A DNA stretch of 64,000 nucleotides. It comes from Candidatus Poribacteria bacterium (GTDB lineage Bacteria > Poribacteria > WGA-4E > WGA-3G). A program made the translations under genes and the position numbers. Position 1 is the first letter of the stretch, and each line of letters starts with the position of its first letter. The stretch lies in assembly GCA_963663765.2 (NCBI GenBank), contig CAXXUA010000011.1, forward strand, positions 96,001-160,000, given 5' to 3'. The notes below the pieces were generated by a model, which had not been told where the DNA came from, did no database searches, and saw only the letters and a program-made list of their open reading frames with translations. Shown piece after piece: positions 60,376 through 64,000 of the stretch.

Positions 60376-63255
60376 TTAATCAAAAGACACAGCGACCGGT
60401 TGATACCCGAAAACTGCTTTTCCATTACTCAATAATGGTGCTTCGCTACCGCGATCAAGGACATCAACAGTCCAAAGCTGACCGTTGTTCTCATAGAGAA
60501 TCCAACGTCCGTTGGAGGGTACCCACACGGGATGACTTCCACCCATTTCTGTGACCTGTTTTTCAGTGGGTTTACCAGTATTTGAATATGAGACAATCCA
60601 TATTTGCCGTGTGTCCTCATCAATACTGCGTGAGAATGCAAGTGTATTTCTGTCTTCAGGATGCCATGCAGGTTCCGCATCATCTGCGGGAGAGACGACA
60701 ATCGGTTCAATGCTGCTGGACTTTGTGTTAAAACCATAGATATTGCGAGGAGTTTCTGATTTTTCGTTTTCAATACTACCAGCAGTTGCATAAGCAAGTA
60801 AACGTCCATCTTTGCTCCATGCAGGATTGGTCATTTCTATTGCAGTTGATGGTATAGGAAAAGTATCTTTGCTCCGAAGATGCTGGATAACGATGCGTTT
60901 TCTTCCTGTTGGTTCCCTATGTGCATAAGCAAGATACTCACCATCGGGTGAAATAGTTGCATCTTCAATAAGTTCTCGTTTGTCAAGGAAGACTCTGCTT
61001 TTTCCTGAAGCGATATCTTTGAGAATGACATTATCATCAAAATCATGATATACTAACAAACCGTTTGCTGAAGCAGATGGTTGAAATCCTGCATCAAGTG
61101 GTGCGACTCGTGTGTCAATTGGTACTTTCCTTTTAGCATTTAGAGCAAAATCCTCAGCTGTGGTTGGGGCAATTCGCCATAAAACACCATCGTGGCTGTA
61201 ATATACGAACACAGATTCAGATGCAAGTGAAAAACCGTTTGTACTGTGATGTGACAATACTTCTGAATTCTGTGTTTCATCGCTGACCTGTTTGTCGTTC
61301 TTAGGAGTTGTTGTATCAGTATTTATGTTTTCTTTTTTGAGGTTAAACTTGTCCTGTTTTGTCAGTTTCCATCCAGTTCCATCAGCTTCAAAATAGAACC
61401 CCATACCTTTTGTCCAGTACATCCATTCTTCAATCAATTTTCCGTTCTGAGTGTATTTGAAGATGTCTTCAGGTTCACCGTACATCCTTGCGATATTCCA
61501 CTTTCCACCATGAGAAAGTTCAGCCATTGTGCCTTCTTCATCAACATAAGACGCTAAAATATCAATATCTACATGGGGTGTCGTCTTCCCTGCATAGACG
61601 TTAATAGCAGCAGGTGTGCCACGTACGGGTTGGTGGGTGCCATAGATACCGATTCCATCCTTAATTCCAGATTTTCCATCACTGTTTTGGTCAATCACTG
61701 CCATGACATAGTATTTACCGGGTTTGACATCAACGATAAATGTGCCGTTCTCGTCAAGAAAGAGTGGCATATACATGGTGTCGTTAAAATCTTGAGTGGT
61801 TGCTAAGCTTATTAGACCTGTAGGGATCGGTTCTTGATTATCTCCATCGGTCTGAACGTTTTCCTGTTGTATGGTACTAGTAGATAAAAATGACGTAATT
61901 CTACCAGTAATTCTTCCCATCTGTTTTTCTGCAGGTTCAGAACCTATAGGTGTAGGACCTATATCCGTAATAGGCATACTGTTCTCTGTTTTTATTATTG
62001 GGACAAGTTGTCCATCTGCTTCATATCGTGCACTCAACTGAATGTTGACTGCACGTGTTTCACCAGCATGAAAAACGACTGCTGGTGGTGGATTCGTTGT
62101 GATATCTGATGTTCCCAATGCACCGAGACCGTCTCCTTCACTATACCTACCGTCCCCATCTGCATCATGATTTGCTATCAGATAGTAATCACCTGGAGGC
62201 AGTTGGAATCTATATTTTCCTTCAGAATCGGTTTTTGCTGTTGCAATAGGTTTTACCAATGCAGAAGTTGCGTAAATTTCAACCTGAACCTTGCTTGTCT
62301 TGTCTGGTAGGGGTTCAACACGTCCTTTGATTATTGCGCTGTTTTCTCTATTATCTGGTTTGGGCGTTGTGACATAAGTGGCAGTAATGGGGATATCGAT
62401 GTGTAAAGTAAAGGTATTTGATTTGACCAAGACAGGTAGCGGAAATGATCTCCGCTTTTTCATATCTGATACACCGTAAAAACCATATTTGTCTCCAACA
62501 TCAAGTTTATCGTTGGAATTCTTGTCAACGACTGCCATGATATAGTATTTACCGGGTTTCAATCGGAGTTCCCAAGTGTTTGTATTTGGATCAACGACGG
62601 TGATTCCAGCACGAAACTTCCAAGAGGTGTCGGTGTAGGCGAGAATCAGTGTTCGGATTTTTTCTTTTGAAGGTGTTTCTGTATATTTTACAATTCCACG
62701 ACACCCCGAAGTTGCGAGTGTTAAATCTGATTGAAACTGCTTAATGTTACTTGGTTTGTATTGGGACGCAGGAACAAGTTTTAGTTCATCATCAATACGT
62801 TGGAGTCGCGCGGTAATCTGTATCTGAATATCTTCCTTTTTTGCTTTCTCAGCAATTTCTACATGCTGATGCTTCTGTTCTTTATTCTGCCATTCCGTTA
62901 TTCCAAAGACTCCATATCCGTCACCTTCGTCAAATTTACCTGATTTGTCAATATCCACATAAGCCACCAGATAATACTTACCGGGTTCTACTCGCAGTGT
63001 GAAGGCTCCAGAACCTGCATTTGTCAGTCCAGTGGTATATAGGTCTTTGAGCTTCTCATCCCGATAGACAGACACATTTGTTTGTGTTAGATCTTTACCT
63101 CTCCATACAACATTACCTATTAGCGTAGCATTCATTTTGTTGACATCTGCAGGGACATTTTTTGAATCGGAAGGGGTAGATTGTTGGGCATAACCACTTG
63201 AATTGCTTAGCAATACAACACAGGTAACAAGTGCAAATAATATCAATCGTTTCAT
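60376..63255 (-). CDS. Secreted multidomain protein: four DxDxxG-containing beta-sandwich repeats plus a TolB/PD40-like propeller
   Basis: Signal peptide; four PG(K/D)YY..A..D...G...(E/V/I)(G/K)D..G repeats; SPDG, PAWSKDG, PAWHP, PVWVP. Confidence 0.8.
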   Translation of the reverse strand: MKRLILFALVTCVVLLSNSSGYAQQSTPSDSKNVPADVNKMNATLIGNVVWRGKDLTQTNVSVYRDEKLKDLYTTGLTNAGSGAFTLRVEPGKYYLVAYVDIDKSGKFDEGDGYGVFGITEWQNKEQKHQHVEIAEKAKKEDIQIQITARLQRIDDELKLVPASQYKPSNIKQFQSDLTLATSGCRGIVKYTETPSKEKIRTLILAYTDTSWKFRAGITVVDPNTNTWELRLKPGKYYIMAVVDKNSNDKLDVGDKYGFYGVSDMKKRRSFPLPVLVKSNTFTLHIDIPITATYVTTPKPDNRENSAIIKGRVEPLPDKTSKVQVEIYATSALVKPIATAKTDSEGKYRFQLPPGDYYLIANHDADGDGRYSEGDGLGALGTSDITTNPPPAVVFHAGETRAVNIQLSARYEADGQLVPIIKTENSMPITDIGPTPIGSEPAEKQMGRITGRITSFLSTSTIQQENVQTDGDNQEPIPTGLISLATTQDFNDTMYMPLFLDENGTFIVDVKPGKYYVMAVIDQNSDGKSGIKDGIGIYGTHQPVRGTPAAINVYAGKTTPHVDIDILASYVDEEGTMAELSHGGKWNIARMYGEPEDIFKYTQNGKLIEEWMYWTKGMGFYFEADGTGWKLTKQDKFNLKKENINTDTTTPKNDKQVSDETQNSEVLSHHSTNGFSLASESVFVYYSHDGVLWRIAPTTAEDFALNAKRKVPIDTRVAPLDAGFQPSASANGLLVYHDFDDNVILKDIASGKSRVFLDKRELIEDATISPDGEYLAYAHREPTGRKRIVIQHLRSKDTFPIPSTAIEMTNPAWSKDGRLLAYATAGSIENEKSETPRNIYGFNTKSSSIEPIVVSPADDAEPAWHPEDRNTLAFSRSIDEDTRQIWIVSYSNTGKPTEKQVTEMGGSHPVWVPSNGRWILYENNGQLWTVDVLDRGSEAPLLSNGKAVFGYQPVAVSFD

Positions 63256-63369
63256 GGGTTCATATTCTCCGTATTAAGTCCATTTTCCTGATAATATGTA
63301 GTTTCTTTTCTTTATGATTTTCATTTTACCATATCTATGGTATTTTTTTCAAGTTAATCGGAGTGTTGG

Positions 63370-63489
63370 CAGGGTTATTCAGTGTTCCAAATAATCGAAT
63401 TTTGCAAATTGAAACCCCACGGTAGGAGCGACCTCCCGGTCGAGATTTTCTCAAGAAACGGGTAAAATGTGTAAAACTGAATAACCCTG
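63370..63489. mobile_element. Minimal MITE-like element, TIR CAGGGTTATTCAGT
   Basis: TIRs, flanks GAGTGTTGG/GAGTGTCGG, one GGTAGGAGCGACCTCCCGGTCG hairpin. Confidence 0.85.
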
Positions 63490-63915
63490 GAGTGTCGGGT
63501 TTGGTGTGTTTAAGGTTGTTAGCATGTGGTGATTCCGACACTACCCAGAATCATTGATTTAAGACCTCTACATCTAACCGTATTCCTTAGATAACGTTTT
63601 CCTCTACAATACAGCCTCATGCTGGTGTCTTGTCCGTGCTAACCGTGATTCTGTATGCCAATAACTTTACACCCCGCAGTGTTTTGTATGTAAAGTCTTG
63701 ACAGACAGACTCACTAAACTAACATGAAATAATTAATGAAAAAATGCAACCCAACATTACACTAAATCTATAATTATTCCACTTGTCAAAACGGAAGAAT
63801 TTTGCTATTATTAAGAAAAATATTAATGAAAGCTTTTCTAACGTTTCAGTTTCGTTGCTGACCAGTAGGATTGTGATTTCAGGACTAATATAAACACTAT
63901 TATTAGGGTGAATCA

Positions 63916-64000
63916 ATGTCAAAATACACAAAAGGTTCAATACATTCATCAGAGTTACGGGAGTTTGAGGATAAGCAAACAGGGGCGCATATTTATCAAC
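63916..64000 (+). CDS. 5' end of a gene running off the right edge, possibly an oligogalacturonate lyase/TolB-like propeller
   Basis: MSKYTKGSIHSSELREFEDKQTGAHIYQ resembles the KG...D..TGA...LT N-terminus of Ogl. Confidence 0.5.
   Translation, partial: MSKYTKGSIHSSELREFEDKQTGAHIYQ

Noticed and set aside
63335-63949. ORFs 63335-63541 and 63719-63949
   Set aside because: The first spans a MITE. The second is AT-rich antisense sequence over the upstream region and start of the + strand gene at 63916.

Overview
Bacterial, fairly AT-rich 64 kb window. The gene content suggests Candidatus Poribacteria or a similar lineage (inference only): sulfatases, PhyH dioxygenases, Gfo/Idh/MocA oxidoreductases, and a WD40/dockerin/FlgD-CTD secreted protein. 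Housekeeping genes are truA, nnr, recO, tRNA-Pro(CGG), ybeY, phoH, argJ and uxuA. Three unusual layers sit among them. (1) Most large intergenic regions are built from non-coding MITE-like shells of several terminal-inverted-repeat (TIR) families, many with readable target-site duplications (TSDs). These carry GTAG-type REP-like hairpins, nest inside each other, are locally amplified into tandem arrays, and are hit by a 36-bp micro-insertion. (2) A candidate defence cluster: a 604-aa protein with a HEPN-like motif and a VapB-like tail, coupled to a VapC/PIN toxin, next to an SBD-HNH nuclease. (3) A duplicated, lineage-specific-looking cassette: a membrane-anchored HGDHWH protein with a variable C-terminus plus a secreted partner; the second copy is decaying. 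A TonB-receptor / CTD-protein / PorV-like set is also present, split by an unrelated gene block. No transposase, reverse transcriptase, cas gene or CRISPR array was seen.
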